In this document: positions 48,151 to 59,961 of the stretch, piece after piece | How positions within the stretch are numbered: the first letter of the stretch is position 1 | How the letters are laid out: every line of letters begins with the position of its first letter | DNA from: Squalus acanthias | Taxonomy: Eukaryota | Assembly: GCA_030390025.1 (NCBI GenBank) | Contig: CM059432.1 | Span: 127,226,001-127,290,000, forward strand | DNA: 64,000 bases | Direction: 5' to 3' | The notes under the pieces: generated by a model | What the model was told of the DNA's origin: nothing | Database searches by the model: none | What the model saw: only the letters and a program-made list of their open reading frames with translations | Position numbers and translations under genes: made by a program

Positions 48151-48204
48151 CAGTGTTGGGCAAAATACGACCCGGGGGCCATTTCTGGCCCACCAATTGA
48201 TTCC
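48151..48204. mobile_element. Isolated hAT terminus
   Basis: CAGTGTTGGGCAAAATAC...CCAATTGATTC matches the reverse complement of the right end of the hAT at 52660-52705. Confidence 0.7.
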
Positions 48205-48697
48205 AGAGGGGGTGCAACGAAGGTTCACTAGATTGATTCCTGGGATGAGAGGGCTGTTAAGAGGAGAGATTGAGTATTCTCTGGAGTTTAGAAGAATGAG
48301 AGGTGATCTCATTGAAATGTATAAAATTCTAAGAGGGCTTGACAGGGTAGATGCTGAGAGGCTGTTTTTACCCTGGCTGAAGAGTCTGAAACTAGGGGTC
48401 ATAGTCTCAGGATACGGGGTCAACAATTTAGGACTGAGATGAGGAGACATTTCTTCACTCAGAGGGTGGTGAATCTTTGGAATTCTCTACCCCAGAGGGC
48501 TGTGGAGGCTCAGTCGTTGAGTATATTCAAGACAGAGATCGATAGATTTTTGGATATTAAGGGAATCAAAGGATATGGGGATAGTGCAGGAAAGTGGGGT
48601 TGAGGTAGAAGATCAGCCATGACCTTATTGAATGGCGAAGCAGGCTCGAGGGGCCGAATGGCCTACTGCTGCTCCTATTTTTTATGTTCTTATGAGG

Positions 48698-48930
48698 AAA
48701 CATTTTTTTTTACGCAGCGAGTTGTTGTGATCTGGAATGCACTGCCTGAAAGGGTGGTGGAAGCAGATTCAATAGTAACATTCAAAAGGGAATTGGATGA
48801 ATATTTGAAGGGAAAAAAATTGCAGGGCTATGGGGAAAGAGCAGGGGAATGGGACTAGTGAATAGCTCTTTGAAAAAGCTGGCACAGACACGATGAGCCG
48901 AATGGCCTCTTTCCGTGCTGTATCATTTCA
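48698..48930 (+). mobile_element. CR1 3' fragment (second subfamily)
   Basis: FFTQRVVVIWNALPERVVEADSIVTFKRELD plus tail. Confidence 0.85.
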
Positions 48931-49399
48931 TGATTGGAAATTAATCTGAAAAGCTTCAGGAAGAAACCTTTAGTCAGGGATTCTTTGTTTTCCCTTTTCA
49001 GATGCTGCTGTGAACTTGCTGTGTGTTTCCAGCATTTTCTGTTGATATTTTAGATTTTTAGTTGCTTTGGGAATCCAGTCGATGAGTATATTCAAGACTG
49101 AGATCGATAGATTGTTGGTCACTTAGGGAATCAAGGATATGGGGATAGGGCGGGAAAGTGGAGTTGCTGTAGAACAGGGGTGGGCAATTATTTGGGCCGG
49201 TGGACCACTTAACAAGTTTTGGTGAAGTGTTGAGGACCGCACACACACAATGAAATGTGTTAACAACAGCTACCATTAAAATTTGTTATGGCATTTATTG
49301 TATAAAGAACCCATTGTCGTTTCCACACTTAATAAAAATAACAACTTGCAAGGTGGTCATCGCTCACCGAAGATCTGTGTCTTGATTTGCTGAATTTCA

Positions 49400-51023
49400 T
49401 CACAGAAAATGTCTGCTCGCATATGTCTTGATCTTTGGAAAGCTCTGTTCATTGAGAGGCATAAAACCTAGGAAGCAGCACCGATTTGAAGTGCTCCGCA
49501 AACAATGCGTCACATTGAAGTTCAATAGGCTCGAGTTGGAGGTCACATGGAGCGTTGTCGACATTAAGTGAGAACAGTGAGGATGCCAAAGACTGGTCAT
49601 TTTCTATCACTCCAAAATCCTGGAATCAGTGAGAAAATTCAGCATGCAAGTCGAGTAGTGATGACATGTACTTTTTCAGCTTTTGATCGCAAACAGTAAT
49701 CTGTCGCAAAGTGGAAAATAGGTTGAACTGCTTGTTTTCTATCTGACGGGAGAAAAGGAGTAACGTCATCATAAATGACTTGACACTGAAATGCAATTCA
49801 TGAGCAAAAAGCCCCTTTCAAAAACAAAGCAATTTCGGCTCTCAGTTCCCACGCTCTTTTCAAAGCTTTAGCCAAACTAAGCCATTTTACGTTGGTACGA
49901 TACAGAACATCCGTCGGCTTGGATTCAGATTCCTCAAGCAGAGTTACAAATCGCCTTGGGTTCAATCCTACGGCTCGAATATAGTTGACCACTTTCATAA
50001 CTGTGTCCACGACTTTGCTTAGTTTTAGAACACTTTTACAGAGGACTTCTTGATGAATAACGCAATGCAGAAAAATAATTTTCTGTTCTGGATTTGTTTC
50101 TCTGACTTGGTCTTGAATTCTTTTCAGTAATCCAACAGGTTTGCCTGTCAGATTTGTGTGTCAATCAGTGGTCACACTCGCCAATTTTTTGCACTCCACT
50201 CCTAATGTTGACATGCACTGATTTACAGCCTCCAATAAATCTTTTCTTGTTGTCGTGTCTTTCATTGACTGCATTGATGCCAATTCTTCTGAGAGCTCAA
50301 AATTTTCGGTGATACCTCGAATGAAAATCAACACTGGGCTGTGTCTTTGACATCACAACTCTCATCGAGTGCCAATGCAAAATAGGAGAAATTGTTTACC
50401 TCACTTTTCAACTGCAGGCCCAGGTTCTCAGATATCCTCGACATGTCTCACAATAGTTCGCCTCGACAAGCAAATGTTCACAAACTGCTTTTTCTTGTCT
50501 GGGCACAAAATCGTGGCAGATTCAACCATACATTCCCTTATGAATTCTCCTTCAGAGAACGGTTTGCTGTTCTTGGCGATTTTGCGTGCAATCATGCAGC
50601 TCGTTCTCGTAATTCCATCCTGTGCCGCTGATCGTTTTGTGAAAAAAACTTTGCTCTTTTTGCATACAAGCAACCATGTCATCAGCTTTCTTTGCTTTTC
50701 CTTTGGCAGTCAGGTTTTTATATTTATATTATATTTCTGATGAAAGGTCATCGACCTGAAACGTCAACTCTCTTGCTCTCTCCACGGATGCTGCCTGGCC
50801 TGCTGAGTTTTTCCAGCGTTTTCTGTTGTTATTTTATATTTAGATGCATGTTTACTCTCAAAATGCCGATTCAAATTGTATTCTTTGAGCACTGCCACAC
50901 TTTCTTTGCAAATTAAGCACACAGCTTTTCCACCTGCATCGGTTAAAAAAAATATGGAGAAGTCCATTCTTTGTTGAATATTTGGTATTCAGTATCTGCC
51001 TTTCTCTTCTTTGATGAGCTCAT
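49400..51023 (-). pseudogene. hAT transposase pseudogene (GTF2IRD2/SPIN-like)
   Basis: MSSSKKRKADTEYQIFNKEW, GKAVCLICKESVAVLKEYNLNRHFESKH (BED-like), KPFSEGEFIRECM, ALDESCD, LHCVIHQE, VVNYIRA..VKWLS; frameshifts and an insertion. Confidence 0.9.
50727..50831 (+). mobile_element. PLE family-B mini-copy with intact HHR core, inserted in the transposase
   Basis: CTGATGA-A-AGGTC-atc-GACCT-GAAA-CG-T-C-AACT from 50737; TSD TTTTATATTTA (50716-50726 / 50832-50842). Confidence 0.85.
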
Positions 51024-51191
51024 TCCCGAATTTGGGTTAGGGTTCGAGCGTATTTTTCTGGTCGGACCTGGCAACACTGTAATGTAGTGACATCAAAATC
51101 AATGAACCCCAGCGAGGCCCAAATCGCTCACAAGTACTGTACCCCGGAGAAACGCTTTTGTTATTCACGTGCAGCGATGAATATTATAAAT

Positions 51192-51953
51192 GGGCCGTAT
51201 TTTCCGATCGGAGGCTTCCTGCGTGCGGAGACCTCCGATCTGGAAAAAATCTACGCACTTACCTGAGGGCTCCCGAGGTGCGTATACTTCCGTTCCTGGG
51301 CCTCTCCAACTCGAAATGCGCAGGGCCCACGCATCCCAGAGGCGCATGCGGTTCGCAAGCGTCCCTGGGATCACGCGGGCCTTGGGGAGCCAATAGGAGA
51401 AGGGAATCTCCCTTCATACACTTGACAGATAGACCTGTCAAATATATGAATGGAGATCACCCCAAAAACACTGTAAAACATTAAATAATTTTTTTTTTAA
51501 ATCACATTTTTAAAATGAGTTGAAATTACAATAAATTAAATATTTTAAAGAAAAATTTAATTTTTTGAAGAAAATAATTAAAGTATTTTGCAGGGCTAAA
51601 AATAAACTTACCTTTTTAAAAAATATTTTAAAATGATAAATGTGTGAAAAAATTTTTTTTTTTAACTTTTTTTTCAACTCATATGCTGGTAAAAGCAAGC
51701 CTTACACCTGCTTTTACCAGGCATAAGATTTCTAAGGGTTTTCTGCGGGCGGAGGTTCTCCAGAAAGCGGAACTATCTGCCCGCAGAGGCCCTTCTCTAG
51801 GGCAGGCGTCCGACCTGTCAAGAGCATTCTTGACAGATCGGAAATGCCAGTTTTCAGCGCTTGCGCTTGGCATGCCTGAAACCGGCATTTCCGATATCCT
51901 TACGGGTGGGTACACAGCTCGTACACACCCGTAGGGATCGGAATATACGGGCC
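51192..51953. mobile_element. PIF/Harbinger-like MITE nested in the hAT
   Basis: TIRs GG(G/C)CCGTAT(T/A)TTCCGATC; GC arms with AT-rich core like 44791-45543. Confidence 0.85.
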
Positions 51954-51976
51954 TATGTTTTTTTCTTTTGCTAGAC

Positions 51977-52654
51977 CAGTGGTTCTCAAACCTTTTTGGT
52001 TGAAAGACCCCTTTTCAAATGGATTAGTAATCATGGACCCTCCATCTAAATTATAATACTATATAAAACTCATAATGTGAAATGCTGCATTTAAAAAGTA
52101 TTTTAATCATGCTTTTAGTAAAACAGATGTCAGATATACAGATTTTCCTCCAATATTGCTTTTGTGTTCTTGATTGGGATGAAATAATTATTGATCAATA
52201 AATCATTGAAATCACAACAGCATAAATGTTTGTCAGATCAATGAAAATATTTGATAGGCATAGTAACTGGCAAATTTAATGAGTTACCTATGCTTACTGG
52301 CACTTTAAACCATTTCAGTGAATTCTGTTCCAGTGTTCAACACAAAGTCAGCAGAAATCAGGAGACAATCAGATGGTTCCTTACATTGTAAATCTTCATG
52401 CTGCTGTCACCCTCACTGCACCACACTCCTCCATGCGTGCTCCCATCCTCACTGCACCCCGTTCCTACCTCGCACCAAGCCTGCCTCTGGCCGCCGTTCA
52501 TTGGCTTACTCTGGACCACTTCCTGTGGTCATTCATTAAAGTTCTACTCTATACAGATAAAAGCAGGTAAGCTGATTTCCTTCCCCTCTCAAAGTCTCTG
52601 AATCTTTTTCGCGGCCCCCCTGGAAAGTCTCCACGGACATGCAGGGGTCCGCGG
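51977..52654. mobile_element. Second hAT-type (Charlie/MER-like) non-autonomous element nested in the hAT
   Basis: Starts CTAGAC|CAGTGGTTCTCAAAC; GGCCCCCCTGG..GGGGTCCGCGG subterminal motif; right TIR missing. Confidence 0.6.
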
Positions 52655-52883
52655 GCTGGATAGAATCAATTGGAGGGCTGGATACGGGTATTTTGCCCAC
52701 CACTGATGTTGAAGTTCAGCCTTGATCATACTGAATGGCGGAGTAGGCTCAAGGGGCCGTATGGCCTACTCTGGCTCCTACTTCTTGGTTTCTGTTCCAT
52801 AGGGATACAACCACTTACATAAACCTACTGAACTTAGGCACATGTTGGCAAGTGCCATGGCTTATGGGTCCTAAGTTTGCGTA

Positions 52884-53349
52884 AAAAGAAAGAAAGACTT
52901 GTATTTCTATAGCGCCTTTCATGACCACCGGACGTCCCAAAGCGCTTTACAGCCAATGAAGTACTTTTGAGGTGGAGTCACTGTTGTAATGTGGGAAATG
53001 CGGCAGCCAATATGCGCTCACCAAGCTCCCACAAACAGCAATGTGATAATGACCAGATAATCTGCTTCTGTTATGTTGATTGAGGGATAAATATTGGCCA
53101 TGACACCGGGGATAACTCCCCTGCTCCTCTTTGAAATAGTGCCATGGGGTCTTTTACGTCCACCTGAGAGAGCAGACGTTGGTTTAACGTCTCATCCGAA
53201 AGACGACACCTCTGACAGTGCAGCACTCCCTCAGCACTGCACTGGAGTGTCAGCCTAGATTTTTGTGCTCAAGTCCCTGGAGTGGGACTTCAACCCACAA
53301 CCTTCTGACTCAGAGGCGAGAGTGCTACCCACTGAGCCACAGCTGACAC
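52884..53349 (-). mobile_element. DeuSINE (SacSINE1-like), near full length
   Basis: Minus strand: tRNA-derived head with A box TGGCTCAGTGG and B-box-like GGTTGAAGTCC, central domain, and L2-like tail ending in TCTT repeats. Confidence 0.85.
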
Positions 53350-55283
53350 TAAAGTTTAATTGGCTAAAATTGCAGCAGACAAGGGATCTGATTTGCTTTT
53401 TGTTGCTTGTGCAGCTGGAACTACTGTACCCATTGGGATACTGCATTGCTGGGCTATATGAAACTGACTGGGAAGAATACCAATCCCCAGTGACTGGTCT
53501 CTCCCTCCAGGTGTCTCAATTGAGCCAGTTGGTTGGCCGATCAATCATCAAACATGCCGTGCAAGAGCCTAGCTCATTCTTCCAATTCCAAGTCTGCCAC
53601 AGAAGATAATCATAAGTTGGTCATTAGACAACTGACCAGTGTGAGTTTGAGCTCTCTCTGGTTGTACCACAGGTACCAGGAACTCCTCCTGAACAGCACA
53701 ACTCACTGTAAAATGTATGAATTAATTTTTTACCATCTTCCTGACCCATAGCATGGACATCTGATACCCCATTGATTGGTGGCTCCACCAGTTGTAAGTG
53801 CAAAACTCCAATATCAGCTCTGCCACCCCAAACATGGTAGGCATTGAGCACTAGATAGATGAACATTTGTTCATGAACCTGGCCTTCAGGATACTTCTTC
53901 AGCTGTGATCCCAAGCCTTAGAATGTTCTCATCAGCTACTCAGTAGATATCTGCCATCACTGTGATGGGGCGGGTGGGGGGGGGGGGAACTTACAGAGGA
54001 CAGCTTGTGACAAGCCAGCTGACGGGCTGGGAACCTTGCTCCCTGCAACTGTTTCCCCTTTTCTCACAAATCCACCTCACGGCTTGGTCCCAGATGTTGC
54101 TCCTGGGCAGGAATTCTGCCCATTACATGCCTAAGAGCTTGAATCTAGTGTCAGCATCAAGCATTGTTAGGTCTTAAATTGTAACCATGGATTAGAAGAG
54201 TGAATCTTACCGTACTTTTCAAGAATGCACCTTACATTCAAACTCAGAAGAGGTTGTGTGATGTTTGAAACCCCTGGAGATGGTGATAGATCAACAAACA
54301 GGAAAGTGTTAGCAGTAATCTTTTCAGGACATTAATTATATATCAATAAAGAATCCCCAGATGAAGGAAAAATCTCCATAACTGGCCCAAGGTTTCTTTT
54401 TCCTGGAATATTTCCCAAAGCGTGTCGGCGGCATGTGTGCAAAGAAATGATCCAAGTCCCACACCTATCATGTCTTCAAAAAAGATGGTGTTGTGAGATA
54501 AGGTCCTGCAGCTGTCAATTGGTTGCATTTTTTGCAAACCCTCGCACTCATTTTTTAATTGAGCTTTAACCTTTCACATGCTGAGAGAGCGCTGCAGCAT
54601 TAAAAAAAAAGTCACTTTTTTTTTAGTAAATTATATCAAATTTTGTGTGGAATCCACTACTGTCCTGGATTGGGGCCATCCTCTTGTTTGTAGTTTGATA
54701 GACTAAGCTTGATTCATGGTGACCATCCATACACGACTGATACCTTGTGATATCACCTTCAGTGTCCTTATTATGAACTTTCATCCTGCTCACCTTTCCC
54801 CGCCCCCCCTTTTGTATTTGCTTCCTGTCTGGCACCTGAAGCTGACACAGCTATCTTTGATGTGTAACCTAACAATCACGTTTGTGCGAATTTAATCCAA
54901 TGCAATGTAAATTCATAGAACAGGACTTGTTAAACCACATACAAGGATTTCCTGAAACTCACTGACAACATGATTAATTTTGCTTAATTTGTAGTAACAG
55001 GGAACTTGGGAATATGAGTCAGAATTAATGTTTAACCTCCTTAACCATTTCATGGGTCAGCTGTGATGATGTACAATACTGAGTTTTGCTTATAGCAAAG
55101 TTGCCTTTGTGTTATATTTTCTGTTACTTTCCTGTTAAATTACAACAATTTTAGCTCAGTTTTTTCCCCCTCTTGAATGCCTCCCACAACTGTGACTGTA
55201 CTAATCACCCTAAGTAACGGTAAGAAGTGTGAAAAGAAATAAAATTAAAATGCTGGATGGAACACCCTTTGTTCAAACTTACA

Positions 55284-56836
55284 TTTTTTTTATTCGTTTA
55301 TAGGATCAGGGCGTCGCTGGCAATGCCAGCATTTATTGCCCATCCCTAGTTGCCCTTGAGAAGCAGGTGGTGAGCTGCCTTCTTGAACCGCTGCAGTCCG
55401 TGTGGTGATGGTACTCCCATAGTGTTGTTAGGTAGGGAGTTCCAGGATTTTGACCCAGCGACGATGAAGGATCAGCGATATACTTCTAAGTCAGGATGGT
55501 GTGTGACTTGGAGGGGAACTTGGAGGTGGTGGTGTTCCCATGCGTCTGCTGCCCTTGTCCTTCTAGGTGGAAGAGGTCACGGGTTTGGGAGCTGCTGCAG
55601 AAGAAGCCTTGGCGAGTTGCTGCAGTGCATCTTGTAGATGGTACACACTGCAGCCACGGTACGCGGTGGTGGAGTGAATGTTTAAGGTGGTGAATGGGGT
55701 GCCAATCAAGCGGGCTGCTTTGTCCTGGATAGTGTCGAGCTTCTTGAGTGTTGTTGGAGCTGCACTCATCCAGGCAAGTGGAGAGTATTCCATCACACTC
55801 CTTACTTGTGCCTTGTAGATGGTGGAAAGGCTTTGGGGAGTCAGGAGGTGAGACACTCGCCACAGAATACCTAGCCTCTGACCTGCTCTTGTTGCCACAG
55901 TATTTATGTGGCTGGTCCAGTTAAGTTTCTGGTCAATGGTGACCCCCAGGATGTTGATAGTGGGGGATTCGGTGATGGTAATGCCATTGAATGTCAAGGG
56001 GAGGTGGTTAGACTCTCGCTTGTTGGAGATAGTCATTGTCTGGCACTTCTGTGGCGCGAATGTTACCTGCCACTTATCAGCCCAAGCCTGAACGTCGCCC
56101 AGGTCTTGTTGCATGCGGGCATGGACTGCTTCATTATCTGTGGAGTTGCGAATGGCGCTGAACACTGTGCAGTCATCAGTGAACATCCCCGTTTCTGACC
56201 TTATGTTGGAGGGAAGCTCATTGATGAAGCAGCTGAAGATGGTTGGGCCTAGGACACAGCCCTGAGGAACTCCTGCAGCGATATCCTGGGGCTGTGATGA
56301 TTGACATTCAACCACCACAACCATCTTCCTTTGTGCTAGGTATGACTCCAGCCAGTGGAGCGTTTTCCCCCGATTCCCATTGACTTCAGTTTTACTAGGG
56401 CTCCTTGATGCCACACTCGGTCAAATGCTGCCTTGATGTCAAGGGCAGTCACTCTCACCTCACCTCTGGAATTCAGCTCCTTTGTCCATGTTTGGACCAA
56501 AGCTGTAATGAGGTCGGGAGCCGAGTGGTCTTGGCGGAACCCAAACTGGGCATCAGTGAGCAGTTTATTGGTTAGTAAGTGCCACTTGACAGCACTGTCG
56601 ATGACACCTTCCATCACTTTGCTGATGATTGAGAGTAGACTGATGCGGCGGTAATTGGCCGGGTTGGATTTGTCCTGCTTTTGTGGACAGGACATACGTG
56701 GGCAGTTTTCTATATTGTTGGATACATGCCAGTGTTGTAGCTGTACTGGAACAGCTTGGCTAGAGGCGCGGCTAGTTCTGCAGCACAAGTCTTCAGCACG
56801 ATAGCCGGGATGTTGTCGGGGCCCACAGCATTTGCT
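55284..56836 (-). mobile_element. CR1-group LINE, 5'-truncated RT + 3' end
   Basis: NYRRISLLSIISKVMEG, AQFGFRQ, ALDIKAAFDRVWH, GVPQGCVLGP, FTDD; frameshifted. Confidence 0.93.
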
Positions 56837-56869
56837 TATTGGGACTTTTGATAGTGGGATTAAAAAAAA

Positions 56870-57240
56870 AAATTGCTCTCTGGATGTGGGCGACACTGGC
56901 AAGGCTACATTTATTGCTCATCCCTAGTTGCCCTGAGAAGGTGATGATGGACCTTCTCCGTGAACTGCTGGAGTCCTTCTGGTGCTGGTGCTCCCGCAAT
57001 AGTGTTAACTTAGTTGGGAATTCAAGGGTTCTGACCCAGCGATGATATGCATCTTAGTAAGGACGGTGTGTAATTTGGAAGGGAACTCAGAGGTGAGGGT
57101 GTTCCCTCGACATTGCTCCTTTTGTTCTACTCTGGTAGAGGTCGCAAGGGAGGGAGGTGCTGTTGAAATAAGCTCGGTGAGTTGTTGCAGTGCATTCTGT
57201 AGATCTTGCCAGTATGCTCTGGTGGGGGAAGGGGTGGTTG
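56870..57240 (-). mobile_element. Older 3' fragment of the same LINE family
   Basis: Colinear with 55290-55670. Confidence 0.75.
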
Positions 57241-57254
57241 TTGTGTTCAGCTAT

Positions 57255-57567
57255 TTGGATGAGACGTTCGTTAAACTGGGGCCCCGCCTGCTCTCTCAGG
57301 TGGACATAAAAGATCCCATGGCACTATTCGAAGAAGAGCATGGGAGTTCTCTTGGTGTCCTGGCCAATATTTATCCCTCAACAAACATTGCTTAAACAGC
57401 CCCCCAGATTATCTGGTCAATGATCTCATTGCTGCTTCTAGGACCTTGCTGTGCGCAAATTACCTTACAACAGTGACTGCGCTTGAAAATTACTTAATCG
57501 GCTGTAAAGCGCTTCGGGACCTCCTGAGGTTGTGAAAGATGCTACATAAATGCAAGTTCTTTCTTTT
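57255..57567 (+). mobile_element. DeuSINE (SacSINE1-like) headless copy
   Basis: Reverse-complement match to 52884-53200. Confidence 0.8.
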
Positions 57568-57942
57568 TCAGTGACAGGCACCGATCAATCGAACTGTAAA
57601 CTTAGCAGAGACCAGATATGGGATCTTCCGTGAACCATGGTTCATTGCCAGACCAGGCGGTGTATTTAACATTGAGCCACCAATGAAGTTTTTAATTTTA
57701 TTAAAGCTAAGATGAATATGCAATGTCGGACACAGCCGTCTGTACAATGATGCAATCAGCATTGTGATGACATCACCACAATTGATTGGATTCTTTTTCC
57801 GGTTTCTAAACACGATGGTGGACTTTCTCTAAACCAGCACTTCCATTGGAAAAGGCTCTCAATATCTGTCTTTTTAATAACTGTTGTTTGGTTTGCACAG
57901 ATTGGTCAAACTACTTCTAACCTCTTCTTAGTCTCTCTGTGT

Positions 57943-58450
57943 GGGGCGATTTCAATTGTCGGCCGCTCGTTTCACGCCTGAACAATGGGCAGTTGAAAAT
58001 TGTGTGGGGGAGGGGGGGTTGGGGAGGGGGGGGGGTGTTGGTGTGCTGGAGGGTAACACTTCCACCTCCCGTGAACGCCTAAGGGCCGCGTGATGCAATT
58101 TTCAGGGGCGCCTGTAAATGGGCGAGCAGCATGCCCACCTGTTTCCGGCAGGAGGCTGCTCATGTGTACAAATCAGGGTTCTTGTGCCGTTTGGCGGACT
58201 GCGTTTGCAATTTTCAGGTGTGAGTGGTCGAACCAGTGCTCCTTATAGGGACCTCTGAAGGCCACTCCGGAAAAGGCCCAAATATTTTTTGGGGTGAGTT
58301 TTTATGGTGTCAGGAGGAGCGGGCATGCTCCTCCTAGCTCCACAAGTACTGTGGCCCGATGCCAGCCTGTGCCCAACCCCCTCCCGTCTGCCGTCCTCCC
58401 ACAAGGGACGAGCTGTAGCCGAGCACACGTTTAGCGCCGCGGTTTGCCGG
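57943..58450. mobile_element. GC-rich MITE-like remnant
   Basis: Starts GGGGCGATTT; CpG-rich block; right terminus unclear. Confidence 0.4.
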
Positions 58451-58853
58451 CTACATTCAAATGAAGCCCGAAGCTGAAAGTGGCGAGATTCCTGAAGGTG
58501 CAGGAGATTACAGATTGTACACGTGTGGCCTTACACGAGCTCGCACACAAGAATTCCATTCTCTCGATGTTTGCAACCATCGGCCACTGATTATGCAAGT
58601 CAGTGCTTGGTCCCAGGCAGCTGGGATCAGGAAGGGACATGAGTGGTCCATTCAAATGACTTGAATTATATTAAATTTGAGCATTATTAATGCAAGTCAC
58701 TTCAGGTTCAAAATGCTGTTCAATTGCTCAACCCTGTTATGTAACCGAGAGATGAATGGTTGAATTGTCTATGCTTGTGAACCTAAGTTACAACAATATT
58801 TAATAAACAGATGATCTGATATTTTCTCTGTAGGGATTTCAAAGAATAATATT

Positions 58854-59600
58854 GGCCCAGAAATTAAAGACTGAGTGTTGACGCGGGGGTAAGGCTTCCC
58901 CGCGATATCTCACTCCGCGCCTTCCTTTTTCCTCCGGGCCCACACGAACTTTAGTTTCAAGGCTGCAGCTGTGCAGTACTTGCGTGACCCAGAGACGCAA
59001 TTAGTTCGTGCGAGCTCTGGGATCACGTGATTCAGTTAGAGCCAATGGCAGCACACCATCTTTCATTCATAGTTTTGACAGGAAGACCTGTCAAAGCTAT
59101 GAATAATATACCCCCCCCAAAAGAACAGCTAAACCTCAATTAAATTAAAAAAAAAAAGCCATCACATTAATAAAATAAGTATAGTTAAATAAATTAACCA
59201 CTTTAAACAAAAAATTACATTTTTGAAAAAATTTAAAATCTTTTTAAAAGTTATAAAAATAAACTTACCTTTCTTTAAAGTCTCTAAAAAAGATAAACCT
59301 GTTGAAAAAAATTTAAAATAATACTTAATTAACTACTTACCTTGTTAAAAGAGGGTCTTATGCCTCCTTTCTTTATGTGTAAAATCTTCCATGCTTACCT
59401 GCACGTTCAAAGTACTAAGGGCACTGCGTGCGCGCAGCCTGTAGCGCACACACGGTTCACCTAGGAACCGCCCCCTTTTGAATTCACAAAGTGCCGGTTT
59501 CCCGCGCATGCACAGTGCATGCTGGAAACCGGCAATTGGAGACCTAAAACGTGAGAGTACACAGTGCGTACTCTCGCGTATTAGGTCTAATTTTCGGGCC
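58854..59600. mobile_element. PIF/Harbinger-like MITE
   Basis: TIRs GGCCCAGAAATTA / GGCCCGAAAATTA; 3-bp TSD ATT on both sides. Confidence 0.85.
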
Positions 59601-59961
59601 ATTACTTATTGCTAGCTAAAGTCTTCTGCAAACTCCATTTTACTTTGTTTACATAAGCACTGACACGAAAGGTGTAATTTTCAGCCAGCTATTCGTGTGT
59701 TCTTAGACACATGTTTACCAAGGGCTGGTTCGAGAACAGATGTAAAGTGGGTCCTTGGGAGTTGTGTAGAAGATCATGTGATTCTCTACGTGTACATTTA
59801 CACAGGATATATGTTGATTACTTTGATAATTGTTTGAACTGGTATCAATTGGAATTTGGAATGAGAAGCAGATGAGAACTGAAAAAAATCTCTCGGGAGA
59901 TTAAACCCGAGTGAAAACAAAGGGATGGATAGGTTCTCCTATTGGTTGGTTTTGCCAATAC

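Larger units (their letters stand above)
46255..48695 (+). mobile_element. CR1 LINE fragment interrupted by a TIR element and a hAT end
   Basis: LNKYFVSAFTVEE..GNQGSNESEELK stops at 46359 and resumes at 48064 (INISKEKVQEKLMGLKAGKSPGSDGLH); the 3' part with tail runs 48205-48695. Confidence 0.85.
49175..52705 (-). mobile_element. Decayed hAT DNA transposon (Charlie/Buster/SPIN-like) with nested insertions
   Basis: TIRs CAG(G/T)GGTGGGCAA; degenerate 8-bp TSD CTGTAGAA / ATGTTGAA; splits a CR1 tail (49060-49174 + 52706-52795). Confidence 0.88.

Noticed and set aside
49400..51023. Possible domesticated GTF2IRD2/ZBED-like gene
   Set aside because: Frameshifted, interrupted by an insertion and still bounded by TIRs and a TSD, so a dead transposon.
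53430..54170. Coding-like stretch with short ORFs
   Set aside because: No recognisable motif in the frames examined; probably an old repeat, but unsupported.
54340..54620. Possible conserved non-coding element
   Set aside because: Repeat-free appearance only; needs cross-species alignment.
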